In this document: positions 37,691-54,184 of the stretch, piece after piece
How the letters are laid out: each line of letters starts with the position of its first letter
Position numbering within the stretch: position 1 is the first letter of the stretch
DNA from: Rotaria socialis
Lineage: Eukaryota
DNA length: 64,000 bases
NCBI GenBank assembly: GCA_905331295.1
Contig: CAJNYD010000156.1
Location: forward strand, 1 to 64,000
Direction: 5' to 3'
Program-made: the position numbers and the translations under genes
Notes under the pieces: generated by a model
Database searches by the model: none
What the model saw: only the letters and a program-made list of their open reading frames with translations
What the model was told of the DNA's origin: nothing

Positions 37691-38162
37691 AAAATATGAA
37701 GATCAATGGTAAATTCGATTTTTTTTTGGTTTTTGTTGCAGTGAATATCTTATCAGCACCGTCCATTTTTTTTATTTCGTCTTTTTTTTTATTTAAATAT
37801 TTTACTCATATTTTATGTTTGTAAGTGTGATTTTAGAAACAAAAAATAATAAAAACTAGAGAATGATGATGTATTACAATTTTTTTGAAATTTTTTAATA
37901 ATAAATACTTATTAACATTTACTCAATGTAGAACGGAGAAATTGAGAGAAAGAACAGAAAATTGTTAGCTGAATAACCTTTGCTCGCTGGTTATTTTCCT
38001 ATTCGCGATAGAAAAGTAAGTAAAAAAGTGCCCGCCGTGCAAGTTGGTTAGATTCTTTTTTTTCTTCTTTCCTATTTTTTTTCTCGACAAAAACTATAGC
38101 TAGCGAGTAGAGTGAACTGCTTATTTTATATTCTACAGATTTCATATACGTTGAGAATAAGT

Positions 38163-40307
38163 ATGATCTTTTCCGGTTGGCTCTTATTGATTTGTTTTAC
38201 CTTTGTCTATTCTCAAAGTATGTTCAATTTTCATCATTGTTGTGCAATTATCATTATATCTATATTTACAATAGATTGCTCGAATTATTATGGATGTCAA
38301 TTAGAATTGTATGATCGACTTCTTTCAAAGTCGCGTTCATCTGTTCGTCCAGTACAGAATGCTTTGCAAAAGATCAATGTTCATCTTGGATTTTCATTAA
38401 TCAGACTTGTGTCCATTGTAAATGACATTGTAATTCTATGCAAAAAAAGAATATGTTCTTTTTTGCTTTTATTTTAGAATGAACAAGATTCTTTAATAAC
38501 AATTCGTGCATATTTAAATCAAGTAAATATAAAAACAAAACAATCTTATAAACTTATTTTTTTACTAATTCAATGCGCGATTCTAGACTTGGAATGCATC
38601 CGTACTCGCTTGGGATTCTACACAATATTCTAATGTTCAACATTTTCGTGTACCTGCACATGCAATTTGGACACCAAAAATAGAATTAATCAATCCGTAT
38701 GATTACTTTTTTTACAAAACACATTCTACTAGAAGTGTTGAAATATACATATATACATAGGAGTAAAAATTTGGACTAACACCTCGTTCTTACTGCTACA
38801 AGTCATGGCAAACGTGCTTAATACACGATCATAAGCGTTACAGGAATAATCACTTATTACAGGATATGAGCTAATTCTTGAGGACCGTGTAAAAAAGTGA
38901 TGAGGCAATGTTTTCCACAAAAGATATATAAAATAAACTGATCTTCCTGTGATTCATTGGAGCAGGAGCGGCTAAATAGTGTGCTACATTTTAATCGCAT
39001 AGGAGTTATATCAGTAGGTTTTTCATTGCAATAATTTGTATATATTTATTTTCATATTTAGGAGTACCATAATCGATTCTGAAGCAAATCATTTTATTGA
39101 TGTTCATTCTGATGGGCACTTTGAATTATCATATTCAACTCTTTTGACAAGTCCATGCAATTTTGATCTGAAAAATTTTCCATTTGATCAACAAACATGT
39201 TCATTCAAAGTACTAAATAGAGTTAAAAAGTTGAATAAAACGATGAGACTTTGAAAAAAATGTTTTAGATGGGTTCAGTACTTTATGGTGTAAATGAAGT
39301 AGTCATAACACAAGCGATTGATTTTGTTATTGATGAACCAAATTTAATGCCAAATGGTTATTATTTTGTATCGCATACAGTTGATCAAAAACCTGTATTT
39401 TTTGCTGGTTTTGAAAGAAGCTATGATCAAATATCTATACAAATAACTATTCATCGTCGTTCAGAGTATTTTATTTACCTTATTAATTGGCCTGGTACAT
39501 GTCTTATGATGTTAACACTGACACTCTTTTGTCTTCCACCATGTGCCTTTGAAAGGCTTTGTTATGGTAATGAAAATTTGTATAATAAAACTAGATCATA
39601 TATTCTTTTTTTCTATCCCATTCAGGTGCCTTATTGCTCGTTTGCCAATTTATTTTGTTAATGGTCTTTGTTTTTCATCTCCCTAAACGACTGGGAACAT
39701 CGTGGCCATTGATGGGGCATGCCATTTTTTATGATATTATGTTGACTGCATTCGTATTAGTATGTTCAGTTATCACACGAATGATTTCCGATGGAAATAC
39801 TTATTCAACAGAAAAACCACCAAACAAAATGCGTAGTGTACGCATCTAGAAATAATATTAAGATTTTCAAATAAGATTTGTTTTAATTTTAGATGTTTTT
39901 TGGTTATTTAGCAAAATTAGTTGGCTTGAAACGAGCTGCATATGCAATACTAGTTACAAACCGTGAAAAGTATGTTTCCTATAAGTTTATTTTGTATGAA
40001 AAATCTATTCATATGTTTATATAGTGAATATGATTCAAACGATTTAACAAACAATGATTCTGCTATGGAACCGTTGACATCAGTTTCAAATGGTGCAACA
40101 GCAACAACATCTGATCATCTGATTTCATCATCAAATACAATAACTCGTGATATTACTTCAATAAAACAAAAGTTGAATGTATTTATTAATGAACATAATA
40201 TTCAACAGGAATGGATTCTTCTTGCTCATATTATCAATCGTTTCTGCTTAAGTGTTTTCCTAGGTTTCTTTACATTGTCGATTGCGCACCATTTATTTCG
40301 TATATAA
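38163..40307 (+). CDS. Cys-loop ligand-gated ion channel subunit (divergent nAChR-like, non-alpha)
   Basis: Signal peptide, VRPV, IWTPKI, Cys-loop CNFDLKNFPFDQQTC, M1-M3, and EWILLAHIINRFCL leading into M4; about nine exons. Confidence 0.92.
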
Positions 40308-40674
40308 TAAAACTAATTTCATAGAAAGTTACTTCTATCACATTTATTTCTTTTTTGCACTTATTAAGCAATATAAAATATTTACTTCAATGGATCAGTA
40401 CTCTCTTTGTCGTAACGCATGATTTACTTGTCTATTTATTTCGTTTCTTTTTTTTATTCCTTTTTTTACCTTTTACACACGTGCAATGTTGTCAATGGAT
40501 CGAAGTATGTGATATCAAAATAAGCATAAAAAATAGTTTATGCTTGCGAGTGATCAAGAGACATAATCAACGACAAGAATCAACGACAATCAGGGTAAGT
40601 TTAACCCATTGTAATTTTTAGATAAAATTATCAAATTTTATTAAAATAGATTTTCCATTTAGTAATTATTTATA

Positions 40675-41322
40675 ATGGGTTGTACTGGATCAACGGAGAA
40701 GAAAAAACGTAAAAACACAACACTAACAAGCTCTGATGATTCATTCGGATTACACAATCGAGATGTCGACGAAATCAAAGTAGAGCTTTCTGATGCCACA
40801 ATTAGTACGTTATTAGATGAAACAAAATTTACACAAGAAGAAATCATTGATTGGTGGCATGGATTTCTAGCGGATTGTCCATCAGGTCTATTGGATAAAG
40901 ATAAATTTATTGACGTTTATCAATATAAATATCCAAGTGGAAAAGCAAAAGGATTTTGTGATCATGTTTTTCGAACATTTAATCCAGACAAACGAACTCG
41001 TGCTATCGATTTCGAACGATTTATGTGCGCCATAAATGTGACTTTAAAGGGTACATCAGATGAGAAACTTAACTGGGCATTTACAATGTATGATATCAAT
41101 GGTGATCAACGTATATCGAAAAAAGAAATGTTAAATGTACTGGAGGCAATGCTTGATTTATTAGGAAAAGATAAGAAAGGTCCAAACAATCCGCAAAAAC
41201 AAGTCGATAGAATATTTTTACGAATTGACTCGAATCATGATAATTATATTAGCAAAGAAGAATTTTTCTCAGGCTGTAGAGCGGATGAAAATATTCGAGC
41301 AATCCTTGCACCATATTATTAA
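40675..41322 (+). CDS. Neuronal calcium sensor (NCS/neurocalcin/recoverin family) EF-hand protein
   Basis: N-myristoylation MGCTGS, GFLADCPSG, EF hands DINGDQRISKKE and DSNHDNYISKEE. CDS is intronless, with a 5' UTR intron at about 40595-40662. Confidence 0.95.
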   Translation: MGCTGSTEKKKRKNTTLTSSDDSFGLHNRDVDEIKVELSDATISTLLDETKFTQEEIIDWWHGFLADCPSGLLDKDKFIDVYQYKYPSGKAKGFCDHVFRTFNPDKRTRAIDFERFMCAINVTLKGTSDEKLNWAFTMYDINGDQRISKKEMLNVLEAMLDLLGKDKKGPNNPQKQVDRIFLRIDSNHDNYISKEEFFSGCRADENIRAILAPYY

Positions 41323-44300
41323 TAGTGTTGTTATTTTCGTTAACAGTTGAATTTTATGCATAACAAAAAGAATATGAATTCTTTGTATGAACAGTATTGT
41401 TTTTTTGGTTTCCTTTCATTTTTTCACAAAAAAAATGAAAATTAAAGGACGGAAAAGAGTAAATGCTTGTTCTTTTTCTTTTTGAATTATTTTATAAATT
41501 AGTTTTAATTTAAAATAAAGGTTACTGTAGACAAATTCGAGAATTACATCTGCTTATCATGTACGTTTAGGTATTTCGACAATTATAGAAGTAGTCATTG
41601 TGCGAAAAATTAGCATTTCATTTGAAAAGTATATTTATCAATGTTTAGTAAAGCTACCAAAAAAAATAGATAAATGTCGTCTCTTGCCTATAAAATATGT
41701 ATTCAAGATCTATATTTATAAATAGAACATTGTTGACAGTTTGCGTCCGCTAATCTCACATATCAACCAAATTTTTATTATTAACATGGAGAAAAATATT
41801 ATTGGAGAGTATTTGTGCTTAGAAGTAGTTGACTTTCGATAAAGTTTTAGTAATAGTTGAGTGACTAGGCGCTGCTAGTAGCGGACAAGCAAGCATGAAT
41901 CGTAGTAGATTTATTTCGGTATATTTTTTTTCTTGAATAAAACAAAAGTTCAGTTGAGAATAACACATCGAGTGATGTAGCTAGTATAATAAAAAATATA
42001 GACAGCACTAGCAGTGATATTTAGTTTCCTACGAATTTTTGAATTCCTAAAACTGAATTTATCAGCCTTGAAAAACAGTTGATCAATGATGTTAGAGTAC
42101 CGATGTCAACAGAAATCTCTTTGGAATCATTAGAAACATGATTTATTGAAATTAGTTTTTGTAATTAATTTGAATGTTGTTAACTCACACGTTTGGTTTC
42201 TTTGTTCTTATAGCAAATAATCAAAAGCTAAAAGTACTCCCATTTAAGAGGCAATGATGTGAGACTAATATTTTGATTAGAACCCACTGTTTAATTTACT
42301 GATGTTTTGATATTGAAAATGTTTCTTTAAATTTTAACTATAATTTATTCGATCTTATCATTGATATTGAGAAAAACAGTCACAAGCATAGCGAGGAATA
42401 GCAGAAGGAAATGTCATGGTATAAATGAGTGCCTTTTTCTTGTGTGATGCTCTAGTTTTTCTTTTATATAAACTTGCATCTCCTAGTGATTTTCTCTCAT
42501 CAACTTTCTATAGTTGTGTATACAATTTGAATTTATACGATTCCTATACTATACGAAGTGAACGTTTGATTGTTTAATACCATAAAAAGCTCAATGCTTA
42601 CTTCATCGTCAATAAAATTGTATTAGATCACAGTTTTAAAAGTTGATATGTATTTATTAATTACTATATCTGATTTATGCTTCACTATAAAACCGTAAGT
42701 CCCACTTTTTACCAAATGCACTATTAAATAAGCAAAATAATCGGGATCATCAATGAAAACTTCTATACAATGCTATTATTTTATATCGAATATATTTTTC
42801 AATATGAACAACTCATCTCTTTTGAACAACTTCAAATTCTGTCTAGAAATTTCTGAATACGAAAAAGTATCAATTTGGCGATATTCCGTTTCATGAACTC
42901 GATCTTGTTAATACAGTGATCTTTTATAGAATTTCGATTCCACATTTCGTATGATATACAAACATAGAAAATTATTTCTTTGCATCCGTTCGATGTGCAT
43001 ATATATATTGCGGAGTTCAATGTACGCACATGCCGATTAGATCAGATCTTTTCAATAGAACAGCAAGTCATTCAATACTGCAGAGATTAGAATTAGATGT
43101 TTAAGAAATTTGGGCCATTCAGTAAATAGCTGCTAGTTCGAAGCCAGAAAAGAATCACTTGATAGTTACTTGGCTATTTTAACTTGAAAGTCACTGTAAC
43201 AACAATGTATAGTGAAAATCGTACAGTATATATTCAATTTAATCTATTATGATCAAAGGTAAAAGAATAAATTAGTCTGTAAATTCATTCGCAATGATTC
43301 TTTTATAATCAATTCTATTTCTATGTATAAACCATGTACACAGGAGAATACGTTATTTTGGCATACAAATGATGAGCATTTATATCATTTCATATCTAAT
43401 CAAGCTCAATAGAACTGAATAAAGTTTTCCTCGCATTGTTTATCGAAAGATAGATTGAAATTATAAGAAATCTTTAAAAAGATCGCTGAAGACCTTACTA
43501 GCAAATTAAGCATGTTTTCATTTTGAATATCAGTACATGTCAATTTTTTCTTTGCTGAATTCAGTTATTACAATCGTCACAATAATTGAAATTAAAGAAT
43601 TGCATTTTTGGAATGTGACTTACACGAACAATTAGAATTATTGATGAAAATATTAACTCTAATCAATGTTCCTAGTTCGCAGTAACTATGAAATTTTCAT
43701 CGCAAGATCATAATCATCGTATGTATACATGCATATAGCTGAATAATATACTTACTGAAAGGAAATGGCAAAACTAATCCAACTAGGTCGAACACTAATA
43801 GGGGCCAGTTACTGGAATAAGATCAGATTTAGATTGAATGCAATGCAATGCAAACTATCTGTTTCATAAAACAGTTAATCAGAATGAGAATGATCCAGCT
43901 GCTTTTCAAGTGTTTTAAAGAAAAACAAAAGATAAGATTTTTCACACAAAAATTAAACCGTGTAAGTAATATTTCTTGTTGTGGAACAAATATTAGCGAA
44001 GGATAGATTCTTATGAAATATCCGTTTTCAATGATTTATGTTGCACTATTCGGCAAACCATAATTAGTGTTTCGAATGATACTAGAAAATAAGATCCAAA
44101 TGATGTTACATTCATTTATCGTTATTTAGATTAACACTCGACGAGTAGAGATCTGAATTAATATTTGGTTATTTTTCGTAATTGCTATCATTGCGGCATA
44201 TTTTCTCATAAAATAGAACTGTTTCGTAACAATTGTTGATAATCTGACGAAAAGAAAAAAAAAGCATAGAGAATATCTAAGAAACTTTTAAATGATAGAA

Positions 44301-45253
44301 TTATATTCAAGGATGTTGTAAAGGAAGATTTCCACACGAACTAATTTACTATGTCAATGAGATTTAAGAAAGCTTTTAAAAAAATATTTGCCATATTTCA
44401 TTTTAAAGGAGATAAGAAAAATTGTATATTTGAATAAAACATGCATAGATTTTTTCTGATCTGTTATTGTCAGATTATACTAATGAAAATTAAATATCTT
44501 AGCTAAAAAATGAAGTTCTTGCCTTCTCTGAATAGAAATTCATCAAAAAAAAAATTAATTTCAACAAACGACTCAATCTACATTGATTTCAAGTTTTTTA
44601 ATATTTTCTCTTCTTTTCGCTCACATCGTACTTGTACGGGCTTAGATGAAAGGATTGTTGCCACACAAAACAACCATTCTAAAGCACCAGATAAAAAACC
44701 AGACAAAAGAAAACTTTAAAATAATTATCCAAATATAATTCAAATATCTCTCTTGTATTTAATTGCTGATGAATAAATAAAAGACTTATTGGAAAACAGG
44801 ATTTCGTCACAGGAATTTGTCGTTCTTTTTTCGACTCGCTCTTTTTATGTATGCATCTTGTGCCGTTGCCTTCTGTTGCATACATGTAAATAGTAGAGCA
44901 ATAAAACTTCATTTAGTAAATTTGAAGGCTGTCTATTTTTCTTTGACTTTTTCAAGTTCTATGTAAGAGATAATGTCTTACTACTACAAATCATTCTTAT
45001 GTTATGATTATACAATGATGTTGAGTATACCCATCAGACTAGAAGCAATAGGTTGGTGTTCTTTTGATCTACACTTTAGCGGTATCTGTAAAATTCAGGT
45101 TTTTCATTTGAATATTATACTAATTCAATGCGTCATAACCAATAGAACTATTCCTTTAAGGGGTATTTCTCTTTTCTTGCATTCATTGAACCTCTGTTTT
45201 AAGAGAAACAACTTTTTAGCTACAATTTTCAATCTACTTATTTGTTAAACATA

Positions 45254-46240
45254 ATGCAAACTCCTCGAATATTGTCAAACAGCAGCAATAATACATCGCT
45301 AAATCGTGAAAGCGAACAAGACATGTTCGTTACCTATTATCCACTTGCTCTTGTTATTTCTGGAAGTTTATTTAATCTTGTTACTTTTGGCATTCTCTGG
45401 CGACCAGCTTTTAGAGACACACACAAACGACCAACCATTCACTATATGCGTACAATAGCGATCTTTGACATTCTCATGTTATATGGTTGGAATTTCGATC
45501 ACTTTCTTTATGGGGCATATGGATTTACTCTTAGTGGATACTCAGTACCATTCTGTAAGATTTTCTCGTTTTGGAATTACTTTACATGCCAAGTTTCTGC
45601 TTGGCTGCGTGTCTTCATTTGTCTCGATCGATATTTATCATTAAGTTATCTTCATAAAACATGGTTTAGCCAATCAAAAAATGTTCTTACTATTATTGCC
45701 TGTATCGTTTCAGTCTTTACCATCATTAATTTTCACTTGTTTATATTCGCCTGTTATAATAATCCAGATGGTACACTCAATAAGGGGTCTTACGTCTACC
45801 GTGTATATCCATTATGGGATTATTTAAATCTCGCTCTTTACAACTGTGTACCATTTATTTTTATGTTTATATTCAATAGTGGTGTCATTTATCATTTATT
45901 TCGTATTCATCAGAATAGTTTAGTTCAAAATTCTCGAATTCAACATCGTTCTATATCAATAACATTAGTCATCACAACATTTTTGTTTGTAATAATGACT
46001 GTACCAGCAACTATATTTTATGCATTTTTTTTCCAAACTTCGAGTTACTTTATCCTACACTTTTTCGATTCGATTCTTTACACATATCATGTACTATCAT
46101 TCTTTCTATACTTTATTACATTTCCGGAATTTCGACGAGAAGCTCTAAAATTGGCAATATGTAATAAATGGCGCAACACTCAATCCCTATCAACTGTTAC
46201 GAAATTTTCCACTGCTCCAGCGCAACTGGACGAAATATGA
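45254..46240 (+). CDS. Rhodopsin-family GPCR (peptide-receptor-like), intact copy
   Basis: Intronless, seven hydrophobic segments, CK...ICLDRY, and FFLYFIT.PEFRRE (TM7/helix 8). Confidence 0.92.
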   Translation: MQTPRILSNSSNNTSLNRESEQDMFVTYYPLALVISGSLFNLVTFGILWRPAFRDTHKRPTIHYMRTIAIFDILMLYGWNFDHFLYGAYGFTLSGYSVPFCKIFSFWNYFTCQVSAWLRVFICLDRYLSLSYLHKTWFSQSKNVLTIIACIVSVFTIINFHLFIFACYNNPDGTLNKGSYVYRVYPLWDYLNLALYNCVPFIFMFIFNSGVIYHLFRIHQNSLVQNSRIQHRSISITLVITTFLFVIMTVPATIFYAFFFQTSSYFILHFFDSILYTYHVLSFFLYFITFPEFRREALKLAICNKWRNTQSLSTVTKFSTAPAQLDEI

Positions 46241-47576
46241 TGTGTGAATTATTGAATATTTTTGTCCAAGATAATTGAAAATTTTAATAGGAATGAACTC
46301 GAACGATCTAGGAATAACTTGTAATATTAAATAATTGTCTAATTATAAAATTGTTTTACGCGCTTTTAAATTAGCTATTGCTTTTTTGAACTTTAAATAT
46401 CATAAAAATATGCATTTTATTTGAATATAGCCCGGATCGACATGAAAATTAAATTTATTTTAGAAGATTTTGTAGAATGTGAAATTCTTACAAAGTATTA
46501 ATTGAATTGTCTAGAGGCAAGATGATTTATAGCAAAAACTAATATTTATAATAAATAGTTTTAGTAAAAGCGTCATGATTATGCTAAAATTCTTCAGAGA
46601 ATATAAAAGTATTCCAATGAACTCATGAGCATTTCAACTATACATTTTTGCAAAGAATAATTGTAGTATATTCTTTGATCCTTACTTGATTTCCAAAGCA
46701 AGAAATCATTTGTTTTGCATTTTATGTGTGAAGTGCATATTTGTACTTACTAGTTTGGTTTATTTACATAATTGACTAAAAAACGAAAAACAAATATATG
46801 GTGAACTCCAATCTGTGGAAAATATCACACGTGCATCAAGATAATATCTTTGGCAATTTTCCTGATTTAGAGAGCAGCTTGACGAATTCTTTGAATCACC
46901 CTCATTCGTCAATGGCTTCAAAAAAACAGAATTGTTTGATGTGTTAGATAATAATTAACGATTTTCTCAATTTTTGAAAAGGATTATTCGAAAAGCTGCA
47001 ATAAACACGAATGGATGGTATGCCATATTCTCACTTTCATCATCGATGGAATAGAGTTTTTTGTATTCATTCCAAGTATATTCATAAGTATAGAAAATAT
47101 TGCTTTGTTGTGGAAAATATACTGAGCACATTTGACATCCTCTAAAACGTTGACAGGAAGTTACCAGCGACTTTAGACTCAAAACTCAAATCTTCCATGA
47201 CCATGAGAAAATTGTTCGAAATTTAATTGGCTAGAAGAAAATAGCATCTAATAATGTTTTGTATGATAGTTAAGATGAAGTAAATGTTTAAAAACGTTCA
47301 AAGAATGTTTGACTTTAAAACTCTATTGTCTCAGTTAGTAGATCCTATGAACTCATACAAGAAAAAACACCAATATCATTGGTATTATAAAACAGAGAAA
47401 CTTTCTACCGACGAGCGAACGCCCTCAATAGATGCTTTAAATATTAGCAAGAGAATTGATATATTCATATACAGGTCTTTATGGCATGGCATTAATATAG
47501 AATACTGTTTGAGATAAATATGTATCTATTGTAAAATATTTTTTGTGAAATTTAATTACGAAATAATATTGCATTC

Positions 47577-47797
47577 TAAACCCCCCTACAGAATAGAAGC
47601 CCATGGGTGGTGTCTCTGTTCCGCAAGCTATAATTTTGTAACAAAGCATGTCCTGATGCCAGTTTTTGCGTTATTTGATAGAGAAATGTTCATCCTTTCA
47701 TTTTTCATCGGTTTTACTTCATGAAAAATGAACTAAAACCGATGAAAAATGAAGAAATCTAACCCAGGGGTCGGCTTCTATTCTGTGTAGGGGTTTA
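47577..47797. mobile_element. MITE with about 25-bp TIRs and an internal palindrome
   Basis: TAAACCCCCCTACAGAATAGAAGCC and GGCTTCTATTCTGTGTAGGGGTTTA; internal TTCATTTTTCATCGGTTTTA...TAAAACCGATGAAAAATGAA. Confidence 0.8.
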
Positions 47798-48332
47798 GAC
47801 AAGAGAATTTACACAGTTCTAGTAGCATGTCTTATGCATTATTTCTCGTGTCTATTCATCTCTCCCGAGCTACTTGATGAATTGACGTTAATACTCTTTT
47901 ACAACAAAATACAAGTTAAGAAGAAATGTTCATTGACGAACTACAGATGATACTATTAAAAACCTATAGTTAAAAAGTATATTACTTCGAACGCTTTTAT
48001 ATAGAAATCTTCTTGAAACTTCGTTAGCAATTACTTTATTAAATAAAAACTATTTTAGATAGAGTTTATATTTACACATGAGAATGATATTTTATGTCAA
48101 ATGCATTTATTATTCGAAACCTGTTGATGATAAACATATGAAAGACAAGTTTGTTTTTCGTGAAATATTACTAATTGTCAAAGTATACAGCACGAATCGA
48201 GTCGACTCTACTATTCGAAATCATGATGATCGTAGTAGAATTAAACAAGAAAGATAATTCTATATTTCAAATATTTATATTTTACTTCTCCTTTGTATGA
48301 TTTGAATCGTTCTTTTATTAATAATTTTGGTT

Positions 48333-49880
48333 GGTTATCATTTCCCACGAATTGAAATCCACAGATACATCTATACATCATATTCACACTTGTGGTAAAT
48401 AAAACAAATATGACCCATTCTGGTGACCAAATAGGGATTTTAATTTAGGGATTTTTCAATTTAGGGACTTTTTTTTATACTATATCCTGTTCAAGTCACA
48501 ATCGAACAGGGTCCCAGCTAGGGGTTCATCAGTACCAGTATACTAGGTACTGATAAAACTGGTGACCAGAATCAACTCTCCGAATGTCTGATAAGCAGAA
48601 TTACGTTTCGAAATGATTCTAATGAAAATTGAGTATGTACGATTCTGGTGACCAATATTCACTGGACAAGTAGGCTAGTATAATACTGATTCTGATGCAT
48701 CCCTAGTCTCAGCATTCATATCATTCTGTACTTATGTTTCATATTACCCTTAACTGAAGACCTCTTATTCATTAGCTTTACAACCGAGATCTCATTCAAA
48801 TATAACGCATATTGACACGGTATCTGGTCACCAGATTCAAAACATAATACATATATTCAGTATATTATGGTTTTTTTGTCATCGTATCTTGTTAACGTGT
48901 CTAGTCATTGTAATCTATTTAGAAATGAAATCTGATATTCTCCTTTAAAATGGAATATTGACAAGAATATTGATCCAATCTACTCGAGATTAGGCAGTGC
49001 GACAAAAATAAGCAAATCCTTCACTGTGAGAGCACAGTTAATTTTAAATATACGCTCTACGGCTATGTCTTGATCTTATTCTCGTGGTTAGACACAAAGA
49101 TTTTATTATGAGATTGAGATAAAAGTATTTTGCTTGTTTGGAAGGTTCATTGTAACTTTTATTTACAATATCCACATTTGAAAGTTTACTCAATATTTAA
49201 AACAATGACTGATCATAGAACTACCAAAAAACTGCAGCACAAAGAAAGAAAGAAACTCATACCATGAAAAAAAAAGTCTTTTAACGTAGAAAAAACAAAG
49301 TCATTAGTTTCATATAACAAAAAGTATCATAAGAAGCAAAATATCAAAACAACATAGAGAAATAAAAAATTAACAAAGCCTGTATGTATATTCTGGTGAC
49401 TAGAATCAGCTCTAAGAGTTTCTGATAAGGAAAATGACGTTTCGAAATGATTCTAACAAAAATTGAATATGTCCGATTCTGGTAACTAGAATCAACTCTC
49501 CGTGTTTCTGATAAGCAAAATTACCTTTTGAAATGATTCTAATGAAAATTGAATAGGTATGATTCTGGTAACCACAATAAGCTCTAAGAGTATATGTGGG
49601 TAAATATAGAAAAGGAATACAAGACGATTCTGGTGACTAGAACGTACTTATCTATACTGTGGTTATAGCGCCAAAGTATTTAGTTTCAATGGTAAAAGAT
49701 TTTCGGTAGAAGATGGTGTTGAATTATGGTTTATAAGTCATGTCGTACATTGAAAAAAAATCCCTAAATCAAAAATCCCTATCTGGTCACCAGAATGGGC
49801 CATATTTGCTTTATTTACCACAAGTGTGGATATGATGTATAGATGTATCTGTGGATTTCAATTTGTGGTAAATGATAGTC
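48333..49880. mobile_element. Non-autonomous long-TIR element (about 130-bp TIRs) with internal 86-bp repeats
   Basis: 48336-48460 is inverted relative to 49749-49877. CTGGTGACxAGAATC 86-bp units at 48559, 49393 and 49479, plus a partial unit at 49565. Confidence 0.88.
48519..48705. mobile_element. hAT-type MITE (TAGGG...CCCTA) nested in the long-TIR element
   Basis: TIRs TAGGGGTTCATCAG and CTGATGCATCCCTA; 8-bp TSD GTCCCAGC / GTCTCAGC (one mismatch). Confidence 0.75.
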
Positions 49881-50113
49881 ATTCGAAAAATAGAAATTTT
49901 GTTTTTCTTCTTATGTCAAAGTCGTTCGCACTTCAAAAATCATATTTGTCATCAATTTAGTAAATAAATTTGTCAGTAAAAGTTCCTAAAAATTAATTTC
50001 TTGCTGCTCCCATTCACTTTTTTCCTCTGTTATAATACTACTGAAATCTATTTAAAAAATCAACATCTTCATCAGCATCAACTAAACTGACATTACCACA
50101 TTACGCCACCAAA

Positions 50114-51054
50114 ATGCAGTTCATTATGACTATTTTCAACCATAATCATACATCAAATGTAGATATTGATAATAGACAAAAATTTGTTAGTTATTATCCA
50201 TTGGCTCTTATTATTTTTGGCACAGCTTTGAATCTTTTGAACTTCAGTATTCTCTGGCGACCAGCTTTTAGAGACACACACAAACGACCAACCATTCACT
50301 ATATGCGTACAATAGCGATCTTTGATATTCTCATGTTATATGGTTGGAATTTCGATCACTTTCTTTATGGAGCATATGGATTTACTCTTAGTGGATACTC
50401 AGTACCATTCTGTAAGATTTTCTCGTTTTGGAATTACTTTACATGTCAAGTTTCTGCTTGGCTGCGTGTCTTCATTTGTCTCGATCGATATTTATCCTTA
50501 AGTTATCTTCATAAAACATGGTTTAGCCAATCCAAAAATGTTATCACTATCATTATGTGTATCATTACAATTGCCACTATCATTAGTATTCATATTTTAC
50601 TATTTGCTTGCCATTACAATATAGATGGTTCAATCAATTGTCAAGCACGCCTCTACGAGATATATCCAATATGGGATTATATGCATTTGGCTCTTTACAA
50701 TGGTGTTTCATTTATCATGTTACTCGTATTCGTCGAAATAGTACAATTCAAAAATCTCAAATTCAACATCGTTCTATGCCAATAACATCCGTTGTTACAA
50801 CAGTTCTCTTTTTAATAATGACCATGCCAGCTACACTTTGTCTTGCACTCTTTTTTCGAACGATGAGCTATTTTATTCTGCTTCTATTCGATTCAATTCT
50901 CTATACATATCATGTATTATTATCATTTATCATATACATAACTACATTTAACGAATTTCGAAAGGAAGCTTTTGTATTGTTTATTCCTGATAGGTGGTAC
51001 AAAGTGCAACCAGCAGTGTTTCGATTAACAGAAGCAAGAAACGTAGGAAAATGA
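50114..51054 (+). pseudogene. GPCR paralogue, frameshifted by a 34-bp deletion in TM5
   Basis: ORFs 50114-50785 and 50608-51054 together align with the 45254 GPCR; the frame switches near 50710-50720. Confidence 0.85.
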
Positions 51055-51491
51055 AATTTTTGATGATAATTACCGTTTGTATGTATACTATATAGGATAT
51101 TAGCTTTAAAAAAAAATGCTTTCTTTCTGTGTATATTCAATTTTTTGTTTCATCGGATATTCTCTTTTAAGAATAAAAATTTGTTATTAATTGATTGTCT
51201 TTTGTTCTATTCGTGTTCGTTTTTGTTGTAAATAACATGCATTAAATACAGAAGAAAACATAAGAGAATAAGACAAAAAGGACAAGAAAAGCCGATTACA
51301 CACTTTCAAAGCGATTCGATATTCATATGTATATTCCATAAACAGAGACGAAAAGTCTTGAATGAAAACAACGGTAGACAAGTAAGAAGAAAGAAACAGA
51401 AAGAATATTGCGAGTGATAAATTACGCATATATGAATTTGTATATATAATGGTAATAAGAATAAGAATAAGAATAATATTGTACATATAGA

Positions 51492-54184
<2,693 letters not shown>

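Noticed and set aside
38897..38940. GTGATGA...CTGA box C/D pair in a long intron
   Set aside because: Only about 44 nt, with no terminal stem or recognisable guide.
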